IMG/VR virus record: IMGVR_UViG_3300035701_009376
Location: 1-63,986 of that record
Length of the DNA: 63,986 nt
Source: a virus
Lineage: Duplodnaviria > Caudoviricetes
Direction: 5' to 3' (one strand)
Shown here: positions 46,477-55,370 of the stretch, in pieces
Position numbering within the stretch: the first letter of the stretch is position 1
Layout of the letters: each line of letters opens with the position of its first letter
The notes under the pieces: generated by a model
What the model was told of the DNA's origin: nothing
Databases searched by the model: none
What the model saw: only the letters and a program-made list of their open reading frames with translations
Position numbers and translations under genes: made by a program

Positions 46477-47613
46477 ATGTCGGAAGTCAACATCACCGTC
46501 GAACGCATCGAGGCCGTCGAGCGACATCCCAACGCCGAGAAGTTGGAGATCGCCAAGGTCGCCGGCACGCAGACCGCCATCGTCAAAGGCCAATTCCAGG
46601 CCGGCGATCTGTGCGTCTATTTCCCGCCTGACATCTTGATCCCTGGTGACGTGTCCGAGGCCCTGGGCGTGGCGAAGTACCTCAAGACGGCCCTTTACGG
46701 TGGGCTGCGGGGGCCTTGCCGCGTGGCGGCCTGCCGGCTGCGGGGCACGCCGAGCTACGGTTTCGCCCAACCGCTGAGCGCGCTTGGCACGGTGAAGCTG
46801 TCGGCCATCACGCCCGGCCTGGACGTGACCGAGACCTTTCGCGGGTTGAAGTACGAGCCACCGGCGCGGGTTTACCGTGGCTATGGCGGCGGCACAGGAG
46901 AGGTGTGGGGCGGCCTGGCCCGCGAACCAGTCAACTTCCACCGCTACACCGACATTCAGCACTATCGCAAGTACCGGCACCTTCTTCCAGCCGGACTCCC
47001 GGTGCGAATCACCGAGAAGATCCACGGCACCAACAGCCGTGTCGGGCTGCTGAAAGTCGATGGCGAATGGCAATTCTACGCCGGCTCCCACAAGACGGCC
47101 CGCAAGCAGATCGACCCGGAGTGCCGCGAGTCGGTGTATTGGTATCCGTTGCAGCAAGAAGGTGTGCTGAACCTGCTCACCCACGTCTGCAACAACTGGA
47201 GCGACGACGGCGAGCCGACCAACGACGTGATTATCTTCGGCGAGTTATTCGGCCCCGGCGTCCAGGACTTGGACTACGGCGTGCCGGCCGGCGAAATCGG
47301 CTGGCGGGTCTTCGACATCTCCGTCAGCGGCACCTATCTGGATTGGGCACTCGTCAAGGCGCTCTGCGAGCGCTATGGCGTCCCCACCGTGCCCGTGCTC
47401 TACGAAGGCCCCTTCTCGCCGGAACTGGTCGAGCGGTTGACCTACGGCGACACGACCGTGGCTCGGGCGGTCAAGTCGAAGTTCAAGGGCCGTGAAGGGA
47501 TCGTCATTACTCCGCTCGTCGAGCAGCAGTGCTCGATGGGTCGCCTCGTTCTGAAATCTGTTTCAGCGGACTATCTGGACCGGAAGGGTGCGCAAGATGA
47601 AGCCGAGTTTTAG
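46477..47613 (+). CDS. RNA ligase (DRB0094/Rnl5-like)
   Basis: N-terminal HPNAEKLE OB-like domain; TEKIHG, FGE, FDI, EGIV, LKSVS motifs. Confidence 0.85.
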   Translation: MSEVNITVERIEAVERHPNAEKLEIAKVAGTQTAIVKGQFQAGDLCVYFPPDILIPGDVSEALGVAKYLKTALYGGLRGPCRVAACRLRGTPSYGFAQPLSALGTVKLSAITPGLDVTETFRGLKYEPPARVYRGYGGGTGEVWGGLAREPVNFHRYTDIQHYRKYRHLLPAGLPVRITEKIHGTNSRVGLLKVDGEWQFYAGSHKTARKQIDPECRESVYWYPLQQEGVLNLLTHVCNNWSDDGEPTNDVIIFGELFGPGVQDLDYGVPAGEIGWRVFDISVSGTYLDWALVKALCERYGVPTVPVLYEGPFSPELVERLTYGDTTVARAVKSKFKGREGIVITPLVEQQCSMGRLVLKSVSADYLDRKGAQDEAEF

Positions 47614-48190
47614 GCTCCTCCGGTATCTGCGCACCGTCGGGCTTGGCCTGGTGTTGGGCGCGTGCGCGCCGGCCTACATCGGCGGCTTGTACTACGGCTT
47701 GTGCGGCGACCATGCCTACGAGCAAGCGTGGCTCGACCGGGCCATCGACCATCTGAGGGCGATGCGGGAGTCGTGCGACGCCCCGGACCTGCGCGACCTC
47801 CTGGACTACACGATCCGGCGCTACAGCCGTGCCGGCGCATGGGATGTCATGGTGGCACCGTGCGTCGGGGTCTACCCCGACGGGAAGACGGTCGGCGTCA
47901 ACGTCCCGTACTGCCCCGGCATCACGATTGACCCCGAAGTGCTGTCGTGGCCGCCAGAGGATGGAGCGCTGATCGTGGTCCATGAAGCCCTGCACGATTA
48001 CTGGCCCTTCTTCGGCCACGGCCATATCAACGCCCGCGAACAGAAGCTTTGCGAGTTGTCCTGTGCTATCCGACGCCTTCATCGAAGTGACGTGCGACAG
48101 CAAGCGATCGAACTGACCCACCCCGAGGTTCTGACCCGCCGGCTCCATGAGGAAGCGATGATCCTGCGCCGGAGGTTACTGCACCGATGA
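47597..48190 (+). CDS. Membrane-anchored HExxH metallopeptidase-like protein
   Basis: N-terminal hydrophobic helix; VHEALH...GH. Confidence 0.5.
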   Translation: MKPSFRLLRYLRTVGLGLVLGACAPAYIGGLYYGLCGDHAYEQAWLDRAIDHLRAMRESCDAPDLRDLLDYTIRRYSRAGAWDVMVAPCVGVYPDGKTVGVNVPYCPGITIDPEVLSWPPEDGALIVVHEALHDYWPFFGHGHINAREQKLCELSCAIRRLHRSDVRQQAIELTHPEVLTRRLHEEAMILRRRLLHR

Positions 48191-48206
48191 TCTCTCGAAA
48201 TCCTGT

Positions 48207-48857
48207 ATGACTGTTCCTATTGACCTAGTTCTCAGCGCCCATGTCGGCCAGAACGCGCATGTCTTCGCCGACATCCTGCGTCTGCACGTGCCGCGCGGTT
48301 CCAAGGTCGCGGACGTGACCTACGGCAGAGGGGCCTTCTGGAAGGAAGTCGATCCGACCCTCTATACGTTGCTGGCCACCGACCTGAAGACCGGCGTGGA
48401 TTGCCGGAGACTGCCCTATGAGGATGCCTCCATTGACGCCGTTGTGCTTGACCCGCCGTACATGGAGGGGTTCTTCCGCCAAACCGCGGAACAACTTGCG
48501 GGGTCCGGGTCTCATGCGTCCTTTCGTGAGCACTACGCTTCTTCAGCCACGACTACAAGCGGCCCGCGGTATCACGCTGCCGTCCTGTCGCTGTACGTCG
48601 AGGCCGCTATCGAGGCCCGTCGAGTGCTGCGCAATCGGGGCATCCTCATTGTCAAGTGCCAAGACGAAGTGAGCGCCAACCAGCAGCATTTGACCCACGT
48701 TGAGATCGTCAACGAGTACGCCGCGATTGGATTTCACGCCAAGGATTTGTTTGTGCTCGTGCGGACGAATCGGCCTGGAGTGAGTCGGCTGAAGAAGCAG
48801 GTCCACGCCAGAAAGAATCACTCGTACTTCCTTGTGTTCGTCAAGACAAACCCATGA
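48207..48857 (+). CDS. DNA methyltransferase
   Basis: [16 protein letters not shown] motifs. Confidence 0.85.
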   Translation: MTVPIDLVLSAHVGQNAHVFADILRLHVPRGSKVADVTYGRGAFWKEVDPTLYTLLATDLKTGVDCRRLPYEDASIDAVVLDPPYMEGFFRQTAEQLAGSGSHASFREHYASSATTTSGPRYHAAVLSLYVEAAIEARRVLRNRGILIVKCQDEVSANQQHLTHVEIVNEYAAIGFHAKDLFVLVRTNRPGVSRLKKQVHARKNHSYFLVFVKTNP

Positions 48858-49423
48858 GCCCGTCGCCTCGACACGAAAGCACAGGCGCGGAAAAGACTGT
48901 GGTTTACCGCACCATTGTCGCCGACCCGCCGTGGACGCCCGTCCTGGGTGCCACGTGGAAGACCCGCTTCACCGATAAGGCGCGGCCCCAGAAGCACTAC
49001 CGAACCATGAGCGTCGATGCGATCTGCGGCCTGAAAGTGCCGGCGGCGAAGCAGGCCCATTTGTGGCTCTGGGTGCTCAACCAGCACATCGACTGGGGCT
49101 ACGCCGTGGTACGGGCCTGGGGCTTCCAGCCCTGGACGATGTTGACGTGGTGCAAGCCCGGTCGCGGCGTCGGCCGCTTCCAGTGCAACACCGAGCACGT
49201 CCTGCTCTGCCGTAAAGGGGCACGCCACGGCAATCCCTTCGGCCCGACCGGCGGAACCTGGTTCACCTGGCCGCGAGGTCGGCACAGTGCCAAACCGGAC
49301 GAGTTTTACCGGCTGGTCGAAAGCGTTTCGCCCGGCCTTTACTTGGAAATGTTCGCCCGCGAGCGCCGCCCAGGTTGGGACGCCTTCGGTGACGAAGTGG
49401 AAGGTTCGATAGCCCTCGTGTGA
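48854..49423 (+). CDS. MT-A70 family adenine methyltransferase
   Basis: ADPPW, HSAKP, LEMFAR, GWDAFG motifs. Confidence 0.9.
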   Translation: MSPSPRHESTGAEKTVVYRTIVADPPWTPVLGATWKTRFTDKARPQKHYRTMSVDAICGLKVPAAKQAHLWLWVLNQHIDWGYAVVRAWGFQPWTMLTWCKPGRGVGRFQCNTEHVLLCRKGARHGNPFGPTGGTWFTWPRGRHSAKPDEFYRLVESVSPGLYLEMFARERRPGWDAFGDEVEGSIALV

Positions 49424-49432
49424 TCGACCGAT

Positions 49433-50032
49433 ATGCCTAGCCCGCTGACCGTCAAACGCAACGACTACCACGCCCGCCCGAAGCGGAGCGACGTTTATAC
49501 GCCGCCCGGCGTGGCCCGGTTCCTTTTTGACGTACTGGGCGGCTGTAACCGTTGGGATACGATCCTGGACCCGGCCATTGGCACCGGCCAGTTGACGGAC
49601 CCCTGGTACGACGACGCCTGCCGCATCATCGGCATCGACATCGTTGACCGGAAGCCGGCTTGCCAGCGGTTCATCCACGGCCGTTTCGAGGATCAAGAGA
49701 GCATCCGACCGTTGCCCGATCTGGTGCTCTGCAATCCACCCTTCAACGGTGCGGCTGGCAAGCAACTTTATCCCGAGGTGTTCCTGCGGCACGCCTTGAA
49801 GCTGTTTGGCGAGACGATGCCCGTAGTGCTCTTCACCCCGATGGGCTTTCGCCTGAACCAGCGGCGGAAAAGCACCCGCTGGCGTTGGCTGCGTGACAGC
49901 CGGGCCGACCTGACCAGCATCGTGTCCCTGCCGCTCGACACCTTCCCCGGCGTCGAGTTCCACGCCGAAATCCTGATCTTCAACGTCAAGGGCATCCGCC
50001 CGCACTACTTTCTCCCGGAGGCCGCACTGTGA
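49433..50032 (+). CDS. N6-adenine DNA methyltransferase (gamma-type order)
   Basis: YTPP, ILDPAIGTG, CNPPF motifs. Confidence 0.85.
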   Translation: MPSPLTVKRNDYHARPKRSDVYTPPGVARFLFDVLGGCNRWDTILDPAIGTGQLTDPWYDDACRIIGIDIVDRKPACQRFIHGRFEDQESIRPLPDLVLCNPPFNGAAGKQLYPEVFLRHALKLFGETMPVVLFTPMGFRLNQRRKSTRWRWLRDSRADLTSIVSLPLDTFPGVEFHAEILIFNVKGIRPHYFLPEAAL

Positions 50033-50679
50033 GCTACACCCGAAAGCAGATTGCCGAGGCCCTGGACCTGGCCGTTCTGAGGCCGACCGCCACGCACGCC
50101 GACATCGTTCGGGCGGCGCACAAAGTCAAGACTGAGAGCATTCGCTCGCTCTGTGTGGCCCCGGTCAACGTCGGCATAGCGCGCCTGTACGCCGAAGACA
50201 TCGCGGCCGTCGTCGGCTTCCCGCACGGCAACACCCTGCCGGCCGTCAAGGTGCTGGAAGCCAGCCTGGCCGTCAGCCACGGGGCGACCGAGCTGGACGT
50301 AGTGGTCAACTATGGCCACTTTCTGGCCGGCAAGCCGCAGACGGTCAAGGAGGAGTTGACCCTGTTGGTCAACCTCTTCCGGCCCATGCCCGTCGTCGTC
50401 AAGGCCATTCTGGAAACGTCCTACTACAACCCGGACCAGATTCGCGATGCCTGCAAGCTGTGCGTCGATTGCGGCGTGGGGTTCGTGAAGACTTCCACCG
50501 GGTTCGGCTCCGGTGGGGCGACGGAGGAAGCGGTCAGAATCATGGTCGCTGCCGTGCGCGGCAGCGGCGTGGGAGTGAAGGCCAGCGGTGGCATCAAGAC
50601 CTATGCCGACGCCGCCCGCTACCTGGACCTGGGCTGCACCCGTCTTGGCTCGTCCGTCTTCGAGGAGTTGCTGCCATGA
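50029..50679 (+). CDS. deoC: Deoxyribose-phosphate aldolase
   Basis: VGFPHG, ELDVV, KAILET, FVKTSTGF, VKASGGI, RLGSS motifs. Confidence 0.92.
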   Translation: MSYTRKQIAEALDLAVLRPTATHADIVRAAHKVKTESIRSLCVAPVNVGIARLYAEDIAAVVGFPHGNTLPAVKVLEASLAVSHGATELDVVVNYGHFLAGKPQTVKEELTLLVNLFRPMPVVVKAILETSYYNPDQIRDACKLCVDCGVGFVKTSTGFGSGGATEEAVRIMVAAVRGSGVGVKASGGIKTYADAARYLDLGCTRLGSSVFEELLP

Positions 50680-51719
50680 ATCGCCTCTTCTACAACCGCG
50701 TCTACTTATCTGGCCCCATCGACAATGCCAAGGACTTTGGCGTCGGCTGGCGGCAAATGGTCCGCGAGCGCCTGGCCGATTTGGACTTGATCTTCCTGGA
50801 CCCATGCAAGAAGCCGTTGCAACTGGGGTTCGCCTGTGAAGACTTGGAGAACCACAGACGCCGCTTAGCCTTGAAACGCATCGGCGACTTCGAGACGATT
50901 TCCCGCGAGATGCGACTGATTCGTTGCATCGACCTTAGACTGGCAGACCTCTGCGACTTTGCCATCACGCATCTCGATCTCAACATCTACTCCACGGGGA
51001 CGCATGAGGAAGTCACCACCCTGAACCGGCGGAAGGTGCCGATCCTCGTTCATGTCGAGCAAGGCAAGGAGAACCTGCCGGACTGGTATTTAGGTGCGTT
51101 GCCGCATCAACACGTCTTTGGCGAGTGGGACGATCTTTTCGCTTACGTCCGGCACGTCGCCCACGATCCGCCACCCATCGACACCTTCAACCGCTGGCGT
51201 TTTCTGGACTACGGACTGCTTTATGGGATGAATACGATCCCGTTGACACAAGGAAAGTGTGCGACCATCAGCCCGGAAGACTACCGCCACCTGATGCAAT
51301 GGAGTTGGCACGCCGCCAAGAAGGGCCGGCAGACCATCACGTACTACGCAGAGCGTGGCGTGAACGGCAAGGCTGGGCGTCAGCACGTTGGGATGCACCA
51401 GCAGGTCGTCAAGCGTATGGGGATGGCCGTGCCGCCTGGTTACACCATCGACCATATCAACAGTGACCCGCTCGACAATCGCCGCGAGAACCTGCGCATC
51501 GTGACGGAAAGCCAGAACCAATGGAACCGGCGGCGAGGCGGTGACAACCGCACCGGAGTCAAAGGTGTGTGCTACGACGAGGCCAACAAAACCTACAAAG
51601 CGGCTGTCTGGAAGGGCAACAAGCCGGTGTGGCAGAAGCACTTCAAGACCCTCAGTGCCGCGACAAAGGCCATTGAAAAGGCCCGCAAAGAGTTGCACGG
51701 GGACTGCGCTCGCAACTAG
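50676..51719 (+). CDS. Nucleoside 2-deoxyribosyltransferase-like protein fused to an HNH-AP2 endonuclease (from ATG 51228)
   Basis: VYLSGPID..WR, DL, STGTHEE; then IPLTQGK, IDHINSDPLDNRRENLR, TGVKGV. Confidence 0.8.
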   Translation: MNRLFYNRVYLSGPIDNAKDFGVGWRQMVRERLADLDLIFLDPCKKPLQLGFACEDLENHRRRLALKRIGDFETISREMRLIRCIDLRLADLCDFAITHLDLNIYSTGTHEEVTTLNRRKVPILVHVEQGKENLPDWYLGALPHQHVFGEWDDLFAYVRHVAHDPPPIDTFNRWRFLDYGLLYGMNTIPLTQGKCATISPEDYRHLMQWSWHAAKKGRQTITYYAERGVNGKAGRQHVGMHQQVVKRMGMAVPPGYTIDHINSDPLDNRRENLRIVTESQNQWNRRRGGDNRTGVKGVCYDEANKTYKAAVWKGNKPVWQKHFKTLSAATKAIEKARKELHGDCARN

Positions 51720-51729
51720 GGGACTAGCC

Positions 51730-51945
51730 ATGAAACCGGACCCCAGCACACCCAAACGATCCATTGCCAAGGCTGTGAGTTGGGAAAGCCTCTCGAATCT
51801 TGTGTGCTTCGCCCTGGCGTTCGCCATGTTCGGCAACCTGGGCGGGTGCGTTGTTTTCACGCTGATCTGCTTCATTGTGAAGCTGGTGCTTTTCTATTAC
51901 CACGAGCGCGTCTGGCATCAGATTCCGTATGGCAAGCAAGTCTGA
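51730..51945 (+). CDS. DUF2061-like small membrane protein
   Basis: RSIAKAVSW ... YYHERVW. Confidence 0.75.
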   Translation: MKPDPSTPKRSIAKAVSWESLSNLVCFALAFAMFGNLGGCVVFTLICFIVKLVLFYYHERVWHQIPYGKQV

Positions 51946-52079
51946 GCCGGGGAGGGAGGCCAGCAAGATTTCGGTAGTAGCTGGCCGTGGGTGGCGATCA
52001 AGGGCGCGTGGAGTACGGGCGATTATACCGGCGACACGGAAACGCGCAGTACCCGGCTTCGGACATTCTGGAGAACGAC

Positions 52080-52265
52080 ATGGAACCCTACCGGAAAGAA
52101 AAGCTGCCCGGCCGCAACGACAAGTGCCCGTGCGGCAGCGGCAAGAAGGCCAAGAAGTGCTGCTTGGGGAAGATCGAAGCCTTCGCCGCCCTGCCGCCAC
52201 ACGTGCGCGAACAAGTCGTGGTGGCCAAGATTCTTGGCCATCCGGCAACGGAGCCAGCGACGTGA
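52080..52265 (+). CDS. SEC-C motif protein
   Basis: [18 protein letters not shown]; GGAG RBS. Confidence 0.8.
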   Translation: MEPYRKEKLPGRNDKCPCGSGKKAKKCCLGKIEAFAALPPHVREQVVVAKILGHPATEPAT

Positions 52266-52738
52266 GACGCATTCCGTTGACGAAGGGCAAGGAGGCGTTG
52301 GTAGACGACCAGGACTACGACTACCTCATACAGTGGAAATGGTTTGTCTCCGGCGGCTACGCCAAGCGTAGCACATATCCCTACGGTCGCGGTCGTCCGG
52401 TCCAGGTAGCCATGCACAACGAAGTGGCACGGCGAAACGGCTTACGATGCAAAGAAGTGGACCACATAGATCGCAACGGGCTGAACAACACACGCGGTAA
52501 CCTACGACCGGCGACACGCCGGCAACAGGCAATGAACCGTGGTCTCCGTAAGGACAACACGTCTGGATACAAGGGCGTCTGTTGGCACAAGAAGACCGGC
52601 AAGTGGGCTGCCTCGATCATGCACAACGGTCGCCGGGAGCACATCGCGCTTTTCGTTGACCCGAAGCGTGCGGCTACGGCCTACAACGAACGGGCACTGA
52701 AGTATTTCGGCGAATTCGCACAACTCAACAAGGTGTAG
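52262..52738 (+). CDS. Free-standing HNH-AP2 homing endonuclease
   Basis: [38 protein letters not shown] motifs. Confidence 0.9.
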   Translation: MRRIPLTKGKEALVDDQDYDYLIQWKWFVSGGYAKRSTYPYGRGRPVQVAMHNEVARRNGLRCKEVDHIDRNGLNNTRGNLRPATRRQQAMNRGLRKDNTSGYKGVCWHKKTGKWAASIMHNGRREHIALFVDPKRAATAYNERALKYFGEFAQLNKV

Positions 52739-52740
52739 CC

Positions 52741-53742
52741 ATGCAGATTCCGCGATCCCTCAGCTACTCGTCTCTATGCCTGTTCGAGAAGGATGCGGAC
52801 GAGTTTTTTGTCCGTTATCTGGCGGACCATCGGGCTCCTCGGCTGCCGCAAGAGCAGCCGGCCGCAGCCGGGTCCGCCTTTGATGCGTATGTCAAGTCGA
52901 TGCTCAACTGGCACCTCTACGGCCGGGCGATGTCGCCGCAATTCGAGTTCCCGGCCATCTTCGAGTCACAGGTCGAGCCGCACAACCGGGACTTCGCCCT
53001 GAAGGCCGGCAAGCACGTCTTCAAGGCGTACAAGCTGTGCGGGGCCTACGACGACCTGCTCAAGCTGCTGCGGCAATCCGTCGAACCGCCGCGATTCGAG
53101 TTCAAGGTGGACGGCCTGATCGAGGGTGTGCCCTTCACCGGCAAGCCCGATTGCCGCTTCGTCCTGGACCTGGGACAAGGCCGCATCCCGTGCATCTTCG
53201 ATTGGAAGGTCCGGGGCTACTGTTCCAAATACGGTGCTTCCCCATCGAAGGGATACGCCGTCTGTTTGGACGGCTTCGTCGGCAAGGCCAGCCGCAGCCA
53301 GGGCAAGGAGCACGCCATGTACAAGGCGATGGACTTCCGCGGCTTGACGATCAACAGCGGCTACACGGAGTTCTGCTGCGATGAGTATGCCGACCAGCTT
53401 TGCCTCTACGGCTGGCTGCTTGGCGAGCAGATCGGCGACGAGAACTTGATCTGCGGGATTGAAGAGTTGTGCGCGAAGTTCATGGGCGAGGGCAACCCGC
53501 CGACGCTTCGCTATGCCCGGCATCGCGGCCGGGTCAAGGCCGACTACCAACAGAAGCTCGCCGAGCGGGTCAAGACCTGCTGGCAAGCCATCACCAGCGG
53601 CCACGTCTTCTCCAGTCTCAGCCGTGAAGAGAGCGATTCCCGCTGCCAAGTCCTGGAGCAGATGGCCGTGGGGCTTGCGTCCAACGGCACAGCCCTGGAC
53701 GACTGGTTTGCCGATGTCACCCGTCCAAAGTTCTTCCATTAA
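52741..53742 (+). CDS. PD-(D/E)xK (RecB/Cas4-like) exonuclease
   Basis: LSYSSL, GKPD, FDWK, QLCLY motifs. Confidence 0.75.
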   Translation: MQIPRSLSYSSLCLFEKDADEFFVRYLADHRAPRLPQEQPAAAGSAFDAYVKSMLNWHLYGRAMSPQFEFPAIFESQVEPHNRDFALKAGKHVFKAYKLCGAYDDLLKLLRQSVEPPRFEFKVDGLIEGVPFTGKPDCRFVLDLGQGRIPCIFDWKVRGYCSKYGASPSKGYAVCLDGFVGKASRSQGKEHAMYKAMDFRGLTINSGYTEFCCDEYADQLCLYGWLLGEQIGDENLICGIEELCAKFMGEGNPPTLRYARHRGRVKADYQQKLAERVKTCWQAITSGHVFSSLSREESDSRCQVLEQMAVGLASNGTALDDWFADVTRPKFFH

Positions 53743-53759
53743 GCCATGAGCATCAAGCC

Positions 53760-54059
53760 ATGCCCGTCCCACTGTTCATCCTCGAACGCATCAAGAGTGC
53801 CCCCGTCAACGGCCAGCACATGGCGGACGTGTTCACCAAGCTGGCCTACGTCCTCGACCGCACCGAACAGGACGAAGGAGCCATCAACATCGCCTACGAC
53901 GCCCAGACCGACCAGCTACAGCCCGGCGACCTGGTTCCAACTGTCACCTTCTCTCTGCAAAGACAAAAGACGGCGACGGTCGTGGTAGACCCGGACAAGG
54001 TAATCGACGTGCCATTCAGGCCGGCGGAAGCGGCGACGGACGAGGAGATCGAGACGTGA
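53760..54059 (+). CDS. Hypothetical protein
   Basis: 99 aa, coupled to the next ORF. Confidence 0.55.
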   Translation: MPVPLFILERIKSAPVNGQHMADVFTKLAYVLDRTEQDEGAINIAYDAQTDQLQPGDLVPTVTFSLQRQKTATVVVDPDKVIDVPFRPAEAATDEEIET

Positions 54060-54340
54060 ACCTGGCCCTTTTCATGCTGGCGGTCGTTGGCCTGACGCAC
54101 ATCATCGTGGACGCCGAGATCAGCGAACCGGTTCACAGATGGATCGAGCCGCGCGTCCCGATCGTCGCCCGAATCATGGATTGCTACCAATGCTCCGGTT
54201 TTTGGTGCGGTCTCGCCCTCGGCCCGCTGGTCGGCCCGAATCCGCTGGTCTGGGCCGTCTGCGGCTGTGCCGGCAGCTTCCTTGCCCAACTGGGATGGCT
54301 CGTGCTCGACAGCCTGGAAAAGTATGCGAAGGGAAAGTGA
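54056..54340 (+). CDS. DUF1360-like membrane protein
   Basis: Hydrophobic helices with CYQCSGFW. Confidence 0.65.
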   Translation: MNLALFMLAVVGLTHIIVDAEISEPVHRWIEPRVPIVARIMDCYQCSGFWCGLALGPLVGPNPLVWAVCGCAGSFLAQLGWLVLDSLEKYAKGK

Positions 54341-54341
54341 C

Positions 54342-54614
54342 ATGCCGTGGCTCGTGGTCGTGACATTTGCCTTCCTGTGCGGCTTCCTCATGGACATCGT
54401 GTGGACGCTCTGCGTCGATGCCGTGACCTGCAAGCGGCCACTGCTGGCAGCCAACTTCAGCGCCTTGCTCTACCTTTGCACCATCGTCTCCACGGTGCTG
54501 ATCGTGGAGAAGTGCTTTACAGCCGTGGCCGCCTACATCATCGGCGGCTGGCTGGGAACTTATCTCGTCGTCGCCCGCCGTCGTGACGGCGGCAGCAAGC
54601 CGTATCGGCAATGA
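54342..54614 (+). CDS. Small membrane protein
   Basis: Three hydrophobic helices; GGWLGTY. Confidence 0.6.
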   Translation: MPWLVVVTFAFLCGFLMDIVWTLCVDAVTCKRPLLAANFSALLYLCTIVSTVLIVEKCFTAVAAYIIGGWLGTYLVVARRRDGGSKPYRQ

Positions 54615-54671
54615 CAACCATCAACATCCTCGTCTACCACGGCAAGCACGGCGGCAAGCGACTGATCCAAC

Positions 54672-55370
54672 ATGACGACCACGCAAGTCAAGCAACGTCG
54701 AACACCCGTCCGCCGGACGATCTCGCAGCGATCCGAACTAATCAACGATTTCCATACCTGGGGCGTGAACCCGGACACGCGCGAGATCGTGCTAATGAGC
54801 AGCCCGGACAACATCGAAGACGGCATCGACTGGACGTGCGCTAACACGTTCATCAAGAACCTGCTGCTCTTGAACATGATGAACCACACGCCGATCCTCG
54901 TGCATCAATGCACCTGTGGCGGCGAGTGGAACTATGGCATCGCCATCTATGATGCCATCCTCGCCAGCCCCTCGCCGGTCGTTCTGGTCGCCCACGCCCA
55001 CGCGCGAAGCATGTCGAGCATCATTCCGCAAGCGGCGAAACGTCGGGTCATTATGCCCAACGCCGACTTCATGGTCCACTTCGGCATGGCTGGCTACGAA
55101 GGTGATTCTCGCAGTTTCGTTGCGGAAGGCAAGCAGACGGATGTGATGGACGGCCGGATGCTGGACATCTACACGGCGAAATGCGTCCGGGGCAACTTCT
55201 TCCGCCGCAACAAATACACCAGGGATCGCGTGCGGGAGTACCTGCGCCAGCGGATGAACGAGATACGCGAATGGTACATGCCGGCCGCCGAGGCGGTGGA
55301 CAAGGGATTCATGGACGGCGTATTCGGGACGCCTCGCTTCAAGAGCTACGACGAGATACGGCAACTATGA
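54672..55370 (+). CDS. clpP: ClpP-like serine protease
   Basis: GGEWNYGIAIYDAI, ARSMSSII, PNADFMVH, EAVDKGFMD motifs. Confidence 0.8.
   Translation: MTTTQVKQRRTPVRRTISQRSELINDFHTWGVNPDTREIVLMSSPDNIEDGIDWTCANTFIKNLLLLNMMNHTPILVHQCTCGGEWNYGIAIYDAILASPSPVVLVAHAHARSMSSIIPQAAKRRVIMPNADFMVHFGMAGYEGDSRSFVAEGKQTDVMDGRMLDIYTAKCVRGNFFRRNKYTRDRVREYLRQRMNEIREWYMPAAEAVDKGFMDGVFGTPRFKSYDEIRQL

Noticed and set aside
48192-48220. Further CTCTCG sites (near 48192, 31434 and 23650) as promoter copies
   Set aside because: They lack CGTTGT at the 16-nt spacing
52741-53742. Cas4 as part of a CRISPR system
   Set aside because: Stand-alone PD-(D/E)xK phage nuclease; no array or other cas genes
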